64,000 nt of DNA from Candidatus Pampinifervens sinense (GTDB lineage Bacteria > Aquificota > Aquificia > Aquificales > Aquificaceae), in assembly GCA_037927135.1 (NCBI GenBank), contig JAXSPP010000003.1, forward strand, positions 40,373 to 104,372, in the 5' to 3' direction. The notes beneath the pieces are model-generated. The model had not been told where the DNA came from. It saw only the letters and a list, made by a program, of their open reading frames with translations, and did not search any database. Shown piece after piece: positions 25,429 to 35,521 of this stretch. The translations under genes and the position numbers were made by a program. The stretch's first letter is position 1. Each line of letters opens with the position of its first letter.

Positions 25429-26259
25429 ATGCTTGGTCTATGGCTTGCCATCTTATCCGCCTTCTTTTGGGGAACAAACGACTATTTGAACAAGAGGCTT
25501 TTATTAAAGGGACTTGATGAAAACTTTGTTCTCTGGGTGAGGTTTCCCATAGCCTTTTTGCTTTTGACACCCTTTGGACTCTATTACTGGGATATGAGCC
25601 TTAAGCTTTTCCTTTACAGCCTCATCTGGCTTCCTTTGGAGGTTTTGGGTGGTGTGCTCTTTATGAAGGGCCTAAAGTATGCACCCCTTTCTACAGCCCT
25701 CTCCTTCTACTCCTTTATGCCAGTCTTTTCGGCCTTCTTTGGCTGGCTTTTGCTTTCCGAAAGGCCTTCCCTTTTAGGCCTTCTTGGCATAGGTCTTATC
25801 ATTCTGGCAAGCCTAATAATGGTAGGCTTTTCACCAAGGGACTTTTTAAAGAGAAACTGGGGCGTGGTATACATGCTCCTTTCTACAGCCATATTTGGCT
25901 TTAACGTCATAATAGGAAAGCTATCGGTGGTAGAAAGCAATGGCCTATTCTTCAGCTGGTACTACTGCTTGCTAATGGGCTTTGGCTCTCTAATCTTTGT
26001 AAAACCCCACCATCTAGTTAAGTTGGAAAACTATAAACATTGGGAGGTTCCAGCGGTAGGGCTTTTCTTCGCCTTAGGTGATGTGCTTTACAACCTTGCC
26101 TTGCTCTACACCTTGTCCTCCTATGTAGCCTCCGCAGAAAGGCTTTCTCTTTTGATAGCTATCATGTATGGAAGGATCTTTTTAGGTGAGAACTTGGGCA
26201 AGGCCCTATTGCCAGCTATCCTTATGATAATAGGCAATATGCTCATAGGCTTTGGTTAA
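25429..26259 (+). CDS. EamA/DMT family transporter
   Basis: About 10 TM helices in two repeats; SAFFWG, PVFSAFFGWLLLSER. Confidence 0.85.
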   Translation: MLGLWLAILSAFFWGTNDYLNKRLLLKGLDENFVLWVRFPIAFLLLTPFGLYYWDMSLKLFLYSLIWLPLEVLGGVLFMKGLKYAPLSTALSFYSFMPVFSAFFGWLLLSERPSLLGLLGIGLIILASLIMVGFSPRDFLKRNWGVVYMLLSTAIFGFNVIIGKLSVVESNGLFFSWYYCLLMGFGSLIFVKPHHLVKLENYKHWEVPAVGLFFALGDVLYNLALLYTLSSYVASAERLSLLIAIMYGRIFLGENLGKALLPAILMIIGNMLIGFG

Positions 26260-27268
26260 AAAAGGCCTTTGTCTTTAAAAGCACCTCTTGCCACTCTTTT
26301 TCAGGCACAGAATCCCAAACTATGCCCGCACCAGCATAGTAAGAAAGCCTATCAGAAGATCCTATGGCCGTCCTTATAAGCACGCTTAAAGTAAAATCTT
26401 CTCCCTTCAGCAAGCCCGCACATCCGCAGTAGTATTCCCTATTGTGAGGCTCCAAAAGGTCTATTACTTCCACAGCTTTCCTCTTTGGAGCACCCACCAC
26501 AGAAGCGGGTGGAAAGGTAGCCATTAGTATGTTCTGAAGGCTTTCTCCAGTTTTTGCCACAACAGAAGAATGCATCTGATAAAGAGTTCTAAACTTTTCA
26601 ATCTTAAAGAGCTCTTCCACCTTTACACTGCAAGGGAAAGCCACCTTAGAAAGGTCATTTCTTACCATATCTGTTATCATAAGGTTCTCAGCCTTATCCT
26701 TTTGACTCCTCTCCAGATCCCTTTTCCTCCTTGCTGTACCCTTTATGGGCTTGCTTATGATAGTTTCTCCCCTTTTCTCCAAGAACAGCTCCATTGAGCC
26801 ACTCATAAGGTAGAAATCGTCCATATCTAAGAAGAAGGCATAGGGAACAGGTTGTGATCTGTAATACTTTAGAAAAAGGTCAATGGGGGAGCCTTCTAAG
26901 AAAAAATCAAACCTGCATGTGAGATTGATCTGGTATACAACACCTTCCGCAATAAGCTCCTTTACCCTTCTTACTCCATCCATATAGCCCCTATCGTCAA
27001 AGGATGAGCCAAGTAGGGTAAGCTTTGCACCTTTGGCCCTTCTTTTGAAGGCAGAAAGGCCAGACAGTTCAAGAAGTATGACCTTTGGATACTTAGGCTC
27101 CTTCAGTGATAAGTTGAGCGTTTGGGAGGCAAGATGATAGGAAAGGAGGAGGAAGCCAAGATCTACCCCTTTTATATCCCCTATGGAGTCAAGTATATGA
27201 ACCCTTTTTATGTTTGCCACAATTAGACCATCTTCCCCCAACCACTGGCCTGATAGAACAAGCTCCAT
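26243..27268 (-). CDS. pabB: Chorismate-binding enzyme, aminodeoxychorismate synthase component I-like
   Basis: YQINLT, SMELFL, KPIKGT, AENLMITD..RNDL, GAPK and GAGIVWDS motifs. Confidence 0.8.
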   Translation of the reverse strand: MELVLSGQWLGEDGLIVANIKRVHILDSIGDIKGVDLGFLLLSYHLASQTLNLSLKEPKYPKVILLELSGLSAFKRRAKGAKLTLLGSSFDDRGYMDGVRRVKELIAEGVVYQINLTCRFDFFLEGSPIDLFLKYYRSQPVPYAFFLDMDDFYLMSGSMELFLEKRGETIISKPIKGTARRKRDLERSQKDKAENLMITDMVRNDLSKVAFPCSVKVEELFKIEKFRTLYQMHSSVVAKTGESLQNILMATFPPASVVGAPKRKAVEVIDLLEPHNREYYCGCAGLLKGEDFTLSVLIRTAIGSSDRLSYYAGAGIVWDSVPEKEWQEVLLKTKAFFNQSL

Positions 27269-27757
27269 TTAAAGGTTTTTCCTCCACTCCTCCACCATCC
27301 TTTCATCCACATCAACCAGAACAACCCTCTTAAGGCTCTTTGCTTCAAAAGCTTTTATCTCTTCTATCATAGCCCTTGCGGCCACATCCTTTGGAAGCCT
27401 GCCCACACCAGTCCCCATACCCGGCATAGCAATACTTTCAAAGCCAAGCTTGTCAGCCAACTCAAGGGAAGCTCTTACAGCCTTCCTTACCTTCTCTTCT
27501 GTTGTTTCCATCGCAGGCTCTTCCATAGTGGGCGCATGTATAACACCCTTAAAGGGAAGCCTTCCAGCTGTTGTGATTATGGCAGAACCCACTGGTATAG
27601 GAGCCTTCTTTATAGCTTCTTTTTCTATATCCTCCCCTCCAGCCCTCTTTATCACTCCTGCCACACCACCACCCATATAGCCATAAGAGTTGGCCGGATT
27701 TACAATAGCATCCACCTTTACATCAAGTAAGCTTCCTAAAAGAACTTCAATCTGCAT
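27269..27757 (-). CDS. Macro domain (ADP-ribose-binding) protein
   Basis: DAIVNPAN...MGGGVAG.I, VIHAPT and PGMGTGVG motifs. Confidence 0.92.
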   Translation of the reverse strand: MQIEVLLGSLLDVKVDAIVNPANSYGYMGGGVAGVIKRAGGEDIEKEAIKKAPIPVGSAIITTAGRLPFKGVIHAPTMEEPAMETTEEKVRKAVRASLELADKLGFESIAMPGMGTGVGRLPKDVAARAMIEEIKAFEAKSLKRVVLVDVDERMVEEWRKNL

Positions 27758-27767
27758 GGTTTTAAAG

Positions 27768-27841
27768 CGTCCCCGGGAGGATTCGAACCTCCGACCTCGA
27801 GATTAGGAATCTCGCGCTCTATCCTTCTGAGCTACGGGGAC
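27768..27841 (-). tRNA. tRNA-Arg(CCT); 3' CCA not encoded
   Basis: Reverse complement GTCCCCGTAGCTCAGAAGGATAGAGCGCGAGATTCCTAATCTCGAGGTCGGAGGTTCGAATCCTCCCGGGGACG; anticodon stem CGAGA/TCTCG around loop TTCCTAA; T-loop GGTTCGAATCC. Confidence 0.97.
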
Positions 27842-27850
27842 TAATACATA

Positions 27851-27879
27851 ATTATACCACCTGAGGGTTCATTTATCAA
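27851..27879 (-). promoter_or_regulatory. Sigma70-type promoter of tRNA-Arg
   Basis: TTGATA, 17 nt spacer, then TATAAT (with TGn extension) on the minus strand just upstream of the tRNA. Confidence 0.8.
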
Positions 27880-27939
27880 GGGAGTATATTAAATTTCACT
27901 TTTGTAAAACTAGCCTAAATCACCTCAATCTTTACTCAA

Positions 27940-27948
27940 TGGTATAAT
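27940..27948 (+). promoter_or_regulatory. Extended -10 promoter of the FBP aldolase/phosphatase operon
   Basis: TGgTATAAT followed by an AGGAGG SD and ATG at 27974. Confidence 0.65.
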
Positions 27949-27973
27949 ATTAGAAAAAGCGTAGGAGGTGGTC

Positions 27974-29119
27974 ATGAAGATAACCCTAAGCGTTATAAAG
28001 GCGGATATAGGGGGTTATGTGGGGCACTCTTCCGCCCATCCTGAGGTGGTGGAAAAGGTAAAGGAGGTAGGATTGAGGGAGGTGGAAAAGGGCAACCTTA
28101 TTGATTGTGATGTTCTTGTGTGCGGTGATGATATTGCTTTGGTGATGACACACCAGCATGGTGTGGATAGTGAGCTTGTGCATGGTATAGCTTGGAGAGC
28201 CTTTGAAGAGGGCACTCAGGTGGCCAAAAAGCTAAAACTTTACGGTGCTGGACAGGACCTCCTTTCGGACACCTTTTCTGGCAATGTAAAAGGCATGGGC
28301 CCCGGTGTTGCAGAGATGGAGTTTGAAGAGAGGCCTTCCGAGCCTGTGGTAGTCTTCTTTGCAGACAAGACTGCTCCAAGCGCATGGAATTTGCCCCTTT
28401 ATGAGATGTTTGCAGACCCTATGGTCTGTGCAGGTCTTGTGATAGACCCAAAGATGCATGAAGGCTTCACCTTTGAGGTGCTAGACACCTACACAGGAAA
28501 GGCTGTAAAGCTATCCACTCCGGCGGAGCTTTATGACCTTTTGGCCCTCATTGGCACTGTAGAGAGGTATGCGGTAAAAAGTGTATGGAGGAACTCGGAC
28601 GGTGAGATAGCGGCTGTAGCTTCTACTCAAAGGCTTTCTTTGATAGCTGGCAAGTATGTGGGTAAGGATGATCCTGTTATGATAGTGAGGGCTCAGTCTG
28701 GCTTTCCTGCCATAGGAGAGATACTTGAGCCCTTTGCAAGGCCATGGATTGTGGAGGGTTGGATGAGAGGTTCTCACAATGGACCTCTTATGCCCGTATC
28801 CTTTAAGTATGCCACACCTACTAGGTTTGATGGGCCACCAAGGGTCATAGCGGCTGGCTACCAGATAGCCAACGGAAAGCTTATAGGCCCAAGGGACCTC
28901 TTTGATGACCCAGCCTTTGATAAGGCAAGGGAGCAAGCCCAGCTTATAGCGGACATTTTGAGGCGTCAAGGCATCTTTGAACCCCACAGGCTTCCTTCTG
29001 AAGAGATGGAGTATACCACCTTGCCCAAGATACTCAAAAAGCTTGAAGAGAGGTTCTATGACCTTGAAGAGGGCAAAAAGGCACCCACAGGAGAAGAACA
29101 TCATACGGAGACGGACTGA
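27974..29119 (+). CDS. fbp: Bifunctional fructose-1,6-bisphosphate aldolase/phosphatase (class V FBPase)
   Basis: SVIKADIGG..GH, GDD, YGAGQDLL, GNVKGMGPG, YVGKDDP, GWMRGSH and RFDGPPR motifs. Confidence 0.95.
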   Translation: MKITLSVIKADIGGYVGHSSAHPEVVEKVKEVGLREVEKGNLIDCDVLVCGDDIALVMTHQHGVDSELVHGIAWRAFEEGTQVAKKLKLYGAGQDLLSDTFSGNVKGMGPGVAEMEFEERPSEPVVVFFADKTAPSAWNLPLYEMFADPMVCAGLVIDPKMHEGFTFEVLDTYTGKAVKLSTPAELYDLLALIGTVERYAVKSVWRNSDGEIAAVASTQRLSLIAGKYVGKDDPVMIVRAQSGFPAIGEILEPFARPWIVEGWMRGSHNGPLMPVSFKYATPTRFDGPPRVIAAGYQIANGKLIGPRDLFDDPAFDKAREQAQLIADILRRQGIFEPHRLPSEEMEYTTLPKILKKLEERFYDLEEGKKAPTGEEHHTETD

Positions 29120-29571
29120 TGGATAGGATATACAGCATAGAGGAAAGGGTTGTCCTTATAGTGAAGGAGTTTACAGAGGACCTTGACAAAAAGGAGCCCT
29201 TTCCTTCCCACCTTTCTGAATATAGGTTTAGATTAAAGTCCAAGCTTGTGGAGCTTATAAACCAGTTTACAGATCCGCAGATGAGGAATGCAAGCTTTGA
29301 TAGTGCCCTTGAGGGCATAATGAAAAGCTTAGAAGAGGCCATAAATCACTTGGACCTTCAAGATAGGGAGAAGCTACATCGTTTTATAAGAAGCCTTGAG
29401 GAGACCAACGAAGTATTAAAAGAGTTTCTATATGGAGATCAGATAAGGGACAAGTCGGTGCTTTCAAAAGTGTCTGGAAGGATAGGAGAATGGATAGAAA
29501 ACCTTAGGATGGAGTTTAAGAGGAGGCATGGAGGCCTTCTGAACTTCCTAAAATCCCTCTTTGGTAAATGA
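29119..29571 (+). CDS. Hypothetical alpha-helical protein
   Basis: 150-aa ORF with host-like codon use, TGATG-coupled to fbp. Confidence 0.7.
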   Translation: MDRIYSIEERVVLIVKEFTEDLDKKEPFPSHLSEYRFRLKSKLVELINQFTDPQMRNASFDSALEGIMKSLEEAINHLDLQDREKLHRFIRSLEETNEVLKEFLYGDQIRDKSVLSKVSGRIGEWIENLRMEFKRRHGGLLNFLKSLFGK

Positions 29572-30287
29572 TAGCCTTTTTTGTAGTCTTTTTTGCTTGG
29601 TTTTTTCAATCTATAACAGGCTTTGGTGCGGGTATATTCATAATAGGTATTCTGTCCCTCTTTTACAATCCAAAGATGGTTATAGTCTCCTCCGCCATAT
29701 TTAACCTTTTGGGAACCCTAAGTCTCATATACCAAAACAGGAAAGGAAGGGTGGAGTATGCTTTGCTTTTTCAGCTCATACTTGGCTCCATCCCGGGCAT
29801 CTACTTAGGAGCCTATATACTTGATAGAATAGGAAACAGGGAGCTCCTTTTTATAGTGGCTACCTTTATCATCCTCCTTGGCCTTTATGACCTTGGAGTT
29901 CATAAGGGGTGGCTAAGGATAAGGTTAGGGGATCATATGGGTGTGCCTATGGGCTTTTTAGGTGGATTTTTTGCAGGGCTTGTGGGTATGGGTGGTCCTC
30001 CACCTTTAGTTTTCCTTGCCCAACGCCTAAAAGACCCTCAATCCATAAAGCTTATGCTAAACATCTACTTTACATCAAACATCCTTTTCAGATTGAGCTT
30101 CTACAATTATTTGGATGTAGTTGTCCTTGATATGGGCTTCCTGTTTTTTGGCTTGATGGGCCTTCTGCTTGGCCTTTTGTTAGGGAACCTTTTTACAGAA
30201 AGGCTTTCTGCGGAGCGCTACAGGGCTAGCATCCCCTACATGGTAATAGCGCTTGGTTTCGTCCTTCTGGTCTTTGAAGTAATATAA
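29568..30287 (+). CDS. TauE/SafE (TSUP) family sulfite exporter-like protein
   Basis: TGFGAG, GSIPG..LGA and G.GGPP motifs; multiple TM helices. Confidence 0.85.
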   Translation: MIAFFVVFFAWFFQSITGFGAGIFIIGILSLFYNPKMVIVSSAIFNLLGTLSLIYQNRKGRVEYALLFQLILGSIPGIYLGAYILDRIGNRELLFIVATFIILLGLYDLGVHKGWLRIRLGDHMGVPMGFLGGFFAGLVGMGGPPPLVFLAQRLKDPQSIKLMLNIYFTSNILFRLSFYNYLDVVVLDMGFLFFGLMGLLLGLLLGNLFTERLSAERYRASIPYMVIALGFVLLVFEVI

Positions 30288-30295
30288 TAATTGAG

Positions 30296-31201
30296 ATGAA
30301 GGTAGGGTATGTAGCCATAGTAGGAAAGCCCAATGTAGGTAAGTCCACTTTACTCAACCAGATACTAGGGACAAAGGTGTCCATCATCTCTCCAAAACCT
30401 GGCACCACCCGTATAAGGGTCTTGGGTGTCAAAAACATACCGGGAGAGGCCCAGATAATCTTCCTTGATACTCCCGGTATATACAGGCCAAAGGATGCCC
30501 TCGGTGAGGCCATGGTAAGCGTGGCAAAGTCTTCTCTGGACGATGCAGACATCATACTCTTCATGATAGATGCGGAGGATGGATTTAAGGAGGATGACAG
30601 ACAAGTCTTTGAAAACCACATAAAGCCCTACGCTGGTAAAAAGCACATCTTCCTTGTAATAAACAAAGTGGACAAGGTAGGTCATGTGGGCAACTTATTA
30701 CCTTTGGCCGATGAGCTATCAAAGAAATATCCAGAGTTTGAGGAGATCATTCCCATAAGCGCTTTAAAAGGTTATAACATAGATGAACTTTTAAAGGTAA
30801 TACTTAAATACCTTCCTGAGGGTGAGCCCCTCTTTCCAGAGGATATGGTAACCGACCTTCCCTTCAGGCTCATGGCTGCTGAGATAATAAGGGAAAAGGT
30901 TCTTCTGAAGGTTCATCAGGAGATACCACAAGGTGTGGCTGTGATGGTGACGGAGGTGTCCGAGGGGAGACATGATCCAAGTGTGTTGGTTATAAAGGCG
31001 GAGATAATAGTGGATAGGGAAAACTACAAGCCCATAATAATAGGGAAGGGAGGACAGAGGATAAAGTCCATAGGAAAGATGGCAAGGGAGGAGCTAGAGC
31101 TTATAACGGGTAGGAAGGTCTATCTTGAGCTCTTTGTGCGCGTAAAGCCAGACTGGAAGAAGAGGCCAGAGCTAGTCAAGGGCTTTGGATACACCCTCTG
31201 A
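30296..31201 (+). CDS. era: GTPase Era
   Basis: GKPNVGKST, DTPG and NKVD motifs; KH domain IIIGKGG. Confidence 0.96.
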   Translation: MKVGYVAIVGKPNVGKSTLLNQILGTKVSIISPKPGTTRIRVLGVKNIPGEAQIIFLDTPGIYRPKDALGEAMVSVAKSSLDDADIILFMIDAEDGFKEDDRQVFENHIKPYAGKKHIFLVINKVDKVGHVGNLLPLADELSKKYPEFEEIIPISALKGYNIDELLKVILKYLPEGEPLFPEDMVTDLPFRLMAAEIIREKVLLKVHQEIPQGVAVMVTEVSEGRHDPSVLVIKAEIIVDRENYKPIIIGKGGQRIKSIGKMAREELELITGRKVYLELFVRVKPDWKKRPELVKGFGYTL

Positions 31202-31348
31202 AAGCACTATAATCACATCTGCCTTCTTGGAAAAATCCTTTTTAATATCCTCTTCTCTTTCCGCCTGAGCCACCACCATACCCCTTTTCAAAAGCCTATG
31301 GGTGAGACTTTTGGCTACCCTTTTGTCCTTTATTTTTAACACCTTCAT
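31172..31348 (-). CDS. Small hypothetical protein, 58 aa (not in the ORF track)
   Basis: MKVLKIKDKRVAKSLTHRLLKRGMVVAQAEREEDIKKDFSKKADVIIVLSEGVSKALD*; ATGA overlap with the DUF302 stop; fills the era-DUF302 gap. Confidence 0.65.
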   Translation of the reverse strand: MKVLKIKDKRVAKSLTHRLLKRGMVVAQAEREEDIKKDFSKKADVIIVLSEGVSKALD

Positions 31349-31725
31349 AAGCTTTCCTCCATTATCTTCTTCATCAGCTCTTCCACCTCTTTGGCTACCT
31401 CTTCTAGCTCCGGCCTCTTGAAAAGCTCAAGCATAGCCGTTGGTGCCATTGTGCTCACCTTTGTCTTTCCATCCTCCTCAAATATGGCTATCCTGCAAGG
31501 CATGGCTGTGGATATGTAGGGGTCTTTGGAGAGCACTTGGCTTGCATGCCTTGGAGAGCAAACCTCCACTATAACACACTTGTAGCTTATTGGCACACCC
31601 TTGCTCTCCAGTATGTTGGAAACTTCATGAACTGCCATAACACCAAAGCCGTTGGCCTTTGCCTTCTCTTCAATGGCTTTTCTGACCTCTTCCACACTCT
31701 TTGTTGTCTCATAGCTTATCAGCAT
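31345..31725 (-). CDS. DUF302 family protein
   Basis: GFGV...H, IVEVCSP and MPCRIAIFE motifs; AAGGAGG SD. Confidence 0.85.
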   Translation of the reverse strand: MLISYETTKSVEEVRKAIEEKAKANGFGVMAVHEVSNILESKGVPISYKCVIVEVCSPRHASQVLSKDPYISTAMPCRIAIFEEDGKTKVSTMAPTAMLELFKRPELEEVAKEVEELMKKIMEESL

Positions 31726-31758
31726 CTTTCCACCTCCTTACTGGAAAGTATAATATCC

Positions 31759-33693
31759 TTATTTTAAAATTTGGTTAAGCTTTTCAAACTTTCTACAGCT
31801 TTGACCCTCACATACCACAAGGCCATCCACAGGAGCCTTTACCACAAACTTGAAGGGTCTAAACAGCCTTAGGGCCTCTTCAAAAAAGCTCTCCGTTTCC
31901 ACCTTGTATATGCCCTTAAGGTATGCGTAAAGGCTTATAAGGTATGAGTGTGAGGCCATAGGCACTTCTCTTACAAACCTTGAGAAGGCTTGAAGAGTCT
32001 TTTCTGCGTAGTCTATAAAGCTACCATCTCCAGTAAGAGTTCCCAAAAGCAAAAGGGTATATCCAGCAGATCCGTTTACAGACTGAGTGGGTGTGTCCTG
32101 TAGGTTCTTTAACCTCACCTTTAAGAGGCCCTCACCTTCCAAGGCAGAGTCATAAAAGCCCCAGTCTTGGCTGTCCCAGAAAAGGTCTAGGGCTTTTTTC
32201 ATAATATCTGAAGCTAGGTCAAGATATTCCTTCTTCTGCGTTATCTCAAAAAGAGAAAGAAGGGCCTGTGAAAGAAAGACATAGTCTTCGGAGAAGCCTT
32301 CCACACCCTCTCTATGGTATAGCTTGCCCTCCTTGTAGTATTCCTTTATAAGCCTTTCTGCCGTCCTCTCGGCCATAAGCCTTGCAGACTCATCTCCAAA
32401 GACCTTCCAGTAATCACAAAGACCGGTTATCATAAGGGCATTCCAATTGGTGTATATGGTCTTGTCTATGTAGGGCATTTCTCTAGACTTTTCCCTATAC
32501 TCAAGAAGCTTTGCCTTTATAGAATCCACAAGCTTCTCTATCTCTTCTGATGGCATGTTTAGAACTTTGGAGATTTCCTCCTCTTCCATGTTTATGTAAA
32601 GCACCTTCCTTTGGGGCTCATGGGGCATTCCTGCAAAGCCAAAGTATAGCGTGGCCACCTTTAACTCCTCTGGTGTGAGGACCTTTTCTAGCTCTTCCTG
32701 CCTAAAGGTGTAATAGCCACCCTCTTCAAGCTTCCCTATATCCGCATCCTGAGAGGCATAAAAGCCACCCCTCTCATCGTAGCCATAGGCCTTGTAATAT
32801 TTAAGGATGCCTTCCGCAACCTTTTTATAGAGCTTTTTACCAAAGGCCTTATAGGCTATGGAGTAAAGGCTAAGAAGTTCTGCATTGTCGTATAGCATCT
32901 TTTCAAAGTGTGGTATATGCCACCTCTCATCGGTAGAATACCTAAAAAATCCGCCAAGAAGGTGGTCATAGACTCCACCCCTTGCCATGGCATCCAAGGA
33001 AAGGCTTATGGCCTTTTCTAGCACTGGTGAAGGCACAAAGTAGTTGTGGTATATGAGAAGTTCAAAAGCCTTTGCATGATGGAACTTGGGCGCGCTTCCC
33101 ACACCGCCATGCTCATAGTCCAAGCTGGCAAGCAAAGTAGAAATACCCCTTTCAAGAAGGCTCCAGTCTACTAGGTCCTTAAAGCTTTGCTTGCTATAGT
33201 TTAAAAGGCTTTCATATATGCTTTCTGCGGACCTGAGAATCCTATCCCTTTCTTCTTTCCAAAGCTGTGCTATTCTTAGGAGAAGGCTTTTAAAGCCAGG
33301 CCTTCCCCATCGGTCTTCCGGTGGAAAGTAGGTGCCCCCAAAGAAGGCCTTCCCATCGGGTGTCAAAAAGACAGTTAAGGGCCAACCCCCAGAGCCTGTG
33401 AGGGCCACAACCACCTCCTGATACCTTCTGTCTATATCGGGCCTCTCATCCCTATCCACTTTGATTGGAACAAAGTTCTCGTTTATTATCTTGGCTATTT
33501 CTGGATTTTCAAAGCTCTCATGGGACATCACATGACACCAATGGCACCAAACACCACCTATGGAAAGCAAAATGGGCTTGTCCTCTTCCTTGGCCTTTTG
33601 AAAGGCCTCTTCCGACCACTCATACCAGTCCACCGGCTGGTAGGCAGACTTTCTAAGATAGGGACTCTTTGAATTTATAAGTCTATTGGGCAT
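31759..33693 (-). CDS. YyaL/SSP411-like thioredoxin-domain plus alpha-barrel protein
   Basis: NRL...[28 protein letters not shown] and [11 protein letters not shown] motifs. Confidence 0.9.
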   Translation of the reverse strand: MPNRLINSKSPYLRKSAYQPVDWYEWSEEAFQKAKEEDKPILLSIGGVWCHWCHVMSHESFENPEIAKIINENFVPIKVDRDERPDIDRRYQEVVVALTGSGGWPLTVFLTPDGKAFFGGTYFPPEDRWGRPGFKSLLLRIAQLWKEERDRILRSAESIYESLLNYSKQSFKDLVDWSLLERGISTLLASLDYEHGGVGSAPKFHHAKAFELLIYHNYFVPSPVLEKAISLSLDAMARGGVYDHLLGGFFRYSTDERWHIPHFEKMLYDNAELLSLYSIAYKAFGKKLYKKVAEGILKYYKAYGYDERGGFYASQDADIGKLEEGGYYTFRQEELEKVLTPEELKVATLYFGFAGMPHEPQRKVLYINMEEEEISKVLNMPSEEIEKLVDSIKAKLLEYREKSREMPYIDKTIYTNWNALMITGLCDYWKVFGDESARLMAERTAERLIKEYYKEGKLYHREGVEGFSEDYVFLSQALLSLFEITQKKEYLDLASDIMKKALDLFWDSQDWGFYDSALEGEGLLKVRLKNLQDTPTQSVNGSAGYTLLLLGTLTGDGSFIDYAEKTLQAFSRFVREVPMASHSYLISLYAYLKGIYKVETESFFEEALRLFRPFKFVVKAPVDGLVVCEGQSCRKFEKLNQILK

Positions 33694-33710
33694 TGTTTTT
33701 ACCTCCTTAA

Positions 33711-34988
33711 TTATTCTCTTCTTACCCTTACCGCATAAAAGTGGGCATAAAGGCCCTCAGCCTTTGCTATACTTTCTGCAGCTTCAGCCACCTTTTCAAA
33801 GCCTTCCTTTGAAAGGTATATAACAGAGCTCCTCTTTAGGAAATGGTAAACACCTAAGGGTGAGAAGAACCTGGCAGTGCCACCAGTAGGTAGTGTATGG
33901 TTGGGGCCAAGCACGTAATCGCCAAGGGGCTCGGTGGCATACTTGCCAAGGAATATGGCCCCAGCATGTTTTATGTAAGGCAAGAGGGAAAAGGGGTCTT
34001 CTGTGAGAACCTCAAGGTGCTCTGGGGCTATGTGGTTTGCCACCTCACAGGCCTGGTATAGGTCCTCCACAATGAATATAGTGCCAAACCTCTCTATGGC
34101 CTTTTTCGCTATCTCCTTTCTTGGGAAGTCCTCAAGGAGTTTTTCTACCCAGTGGGCCACCTCTTTGGCGTATTCCTCATCGGTGGTTATCATAAAGGCA
34201 CCAGCAAGCTCATCGTGCTCAGCCTGAGAGAGAAGGTCGCTAGCAGTCCATTTGGGATCAACGCTCCCGTCTGCTATGATGAGTATCTCAGAGGGTCCAG
34301 CTATCATGTCTATGTCCACAACACCGTATAAAAGCTTTTTGGCAAGGGCCACGTATATGTTTCCAGGACCTACGATTTTGTCTACCTTTGGCAAACTTTG
34401 GGTGCCAAAGGCAAGCCCAGCTATTGCCTGAGCTCCACCTATCTGATATACCTTACTCACACCGGCTATAAAGGCCGCCGCAAGGGTGTATTTGTTTGGC
34501 TTTGGAGAGACCATTATCACCTCTTCCACTCCGGCCACCACCGCAGGAACTGCGTTCATCAAAACTGTAGAAGGATAGGCCGCCTTTCCGCCTGGCACGT
34601 ATATGCCAACCCTCTCAAGAGGAAGAACCCTATTACCTAGCAGTATGCCCTCCTCTTCCACAAAAAAGCTTCTCTCCAGCTGTTTTTCATGGAAGCGCCT
34701 TATCCTCTCATGGGCTATTTCAAGGGCAGACTTTACATCCTCTTCCAGTTCATTGTAAGCCTCCTCTAGGACCTCGTAGGGAACCTCCATAGTATCTGGT
34801 GTGAGCTCTATGCCGTCAAACCTTTTTGTGTACTCTATTATGGCACTGTCTCCTTCCTTTTGAACCCTATGTATTATCTCTTTTACCACAGGCTCATATT
34901 CTTCCGCTAAAAATTGCCCCCTCTCTTTTAAAAACTTTAGCCTTTCATTGAACCTCCATGCAGAATGCCTAAGGTCCTCTATACGCAT
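33711..34988 (-). CDS. hisD: Histidinol dehydrogenase
   Basis: [38 protein letters not shown] and GPNHTLPT motifs. Confidence 0.97.
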   Translation of the reverse strand: MRIEDLRHSAWRFNERLKFLKERGQFLAEEYEPVVKEIIHRVQKEGDSAIIEYTKRFDGIELTPDTMEVPYEVLEEAYNELEEDVKSALEIAHERIRRFHEKQLERSFFVEEEGILLGNRVLPLERVGIYVPGGKAAYPSTVLMNAVPAVVAGVEEVIMVSPKPNKYTLAAAFIAGVSKVYQIGGAQAIAGLAFGTQSLPKVDKIVGPGNIYVALAKKLLYGVVDIDMIAGPSEILIIADGSVDPKWTASDLLSQAEHDELAGAFMITTDEEYAKEVAHWVEKLLEDFPRKEIAKKAIERFGTIFIVEDLYQACEVANHIAPEHLEVLTEDPFSLLPYIKHAGAIFLGKYATEPLGDYVLGPNHTLPTGGTARFFSPLGVYHFLKRSSVIYLSKEGFEKVAEAAESIAKAEGLYAHFYAVRVRRE

Positions 34989-35017
34989 GAGTGAAATTAT
35001 AAGCTATATTTATTCCT

Positions 35018-35521
35018 ATGAGAACCATAAGCAAGGAGGAACTAAAAGAGCTATATGAAAAGGACTTTCCTCTTTGGGTGGAGAAAAACTTAGAGCTCCT
35101 CAGAGAAAAGGCTTATGACTTGGTAGATTGGGAAAACCTTCTGGAGGAGATAGAGGATATGGGCCTAAGGCACCTTGAGAGTTGCATAAGTCATCTGGCT
35201 GTAATTTTGGAGCATCTCTACAAATGGGATCACTTTAGAGGTCTAACAAAGGCTGGAGAAGAAAAGGGAGGACTTAGCTGGATAAGAAGTGTGGAAAATG
35301 CAAGGAAGAGAATAGAGATTCTCTTTAAGAGGTATCCAAGCCTAAGAGCGAAGCTAAAGCCAGAGCTTGATTATGCATGGGAGGAAGCAGTTATCAGATT
35401 ACGGGAATGGCTTGACAAAATCGGAGAGGACCCAGACCAATACCATATTTCAGAAAAATGCCCTTATACCTATGAAGAGGCCATGACGAGGGACTTAAGA
35501 AAGGAGATAGAAAAAACTTAA
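35018..35521 (+). CDS. DUF29 family protein
   Basis: LYEKDF..W, DWENLLEEIEDMG, LEHLYKW, PSL and CPYT motifs. Confidence 0.85.
   Translation: MRTISKEELKELYEKDFPLWVEKNLELLREKAYDLVDWENLLEEIEDMGLRHLESCISHLAVILEHLYKWDHFRGLTKAGEEKGGLSWIRSVENARKRIEILFKRYPSLRAKLKPELDYAWEEAVIRLREWLDKIGEDPDQYHISEKCPYTYEEAMTRDLRKEIEKT

Noticed and set aside
25409..25570. ORF-track N-terminal extensions (aminotransferase, and likewise rpiB, pycA, tgt, nrnA, rluD, GT4 copy 2, the Wzy-like gene and deoC)
   Set aside because: The extensions overlap neighbouring genes or promoters; downstream ATGs match family N-termini and have an SD or -10 box
27768..27841. tRNA as a possible integration site for an island or prophage
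   Set aside because: Flanked by housekeeping-type genes; no integrase and no duplicated tRNA 3' end seen in the window
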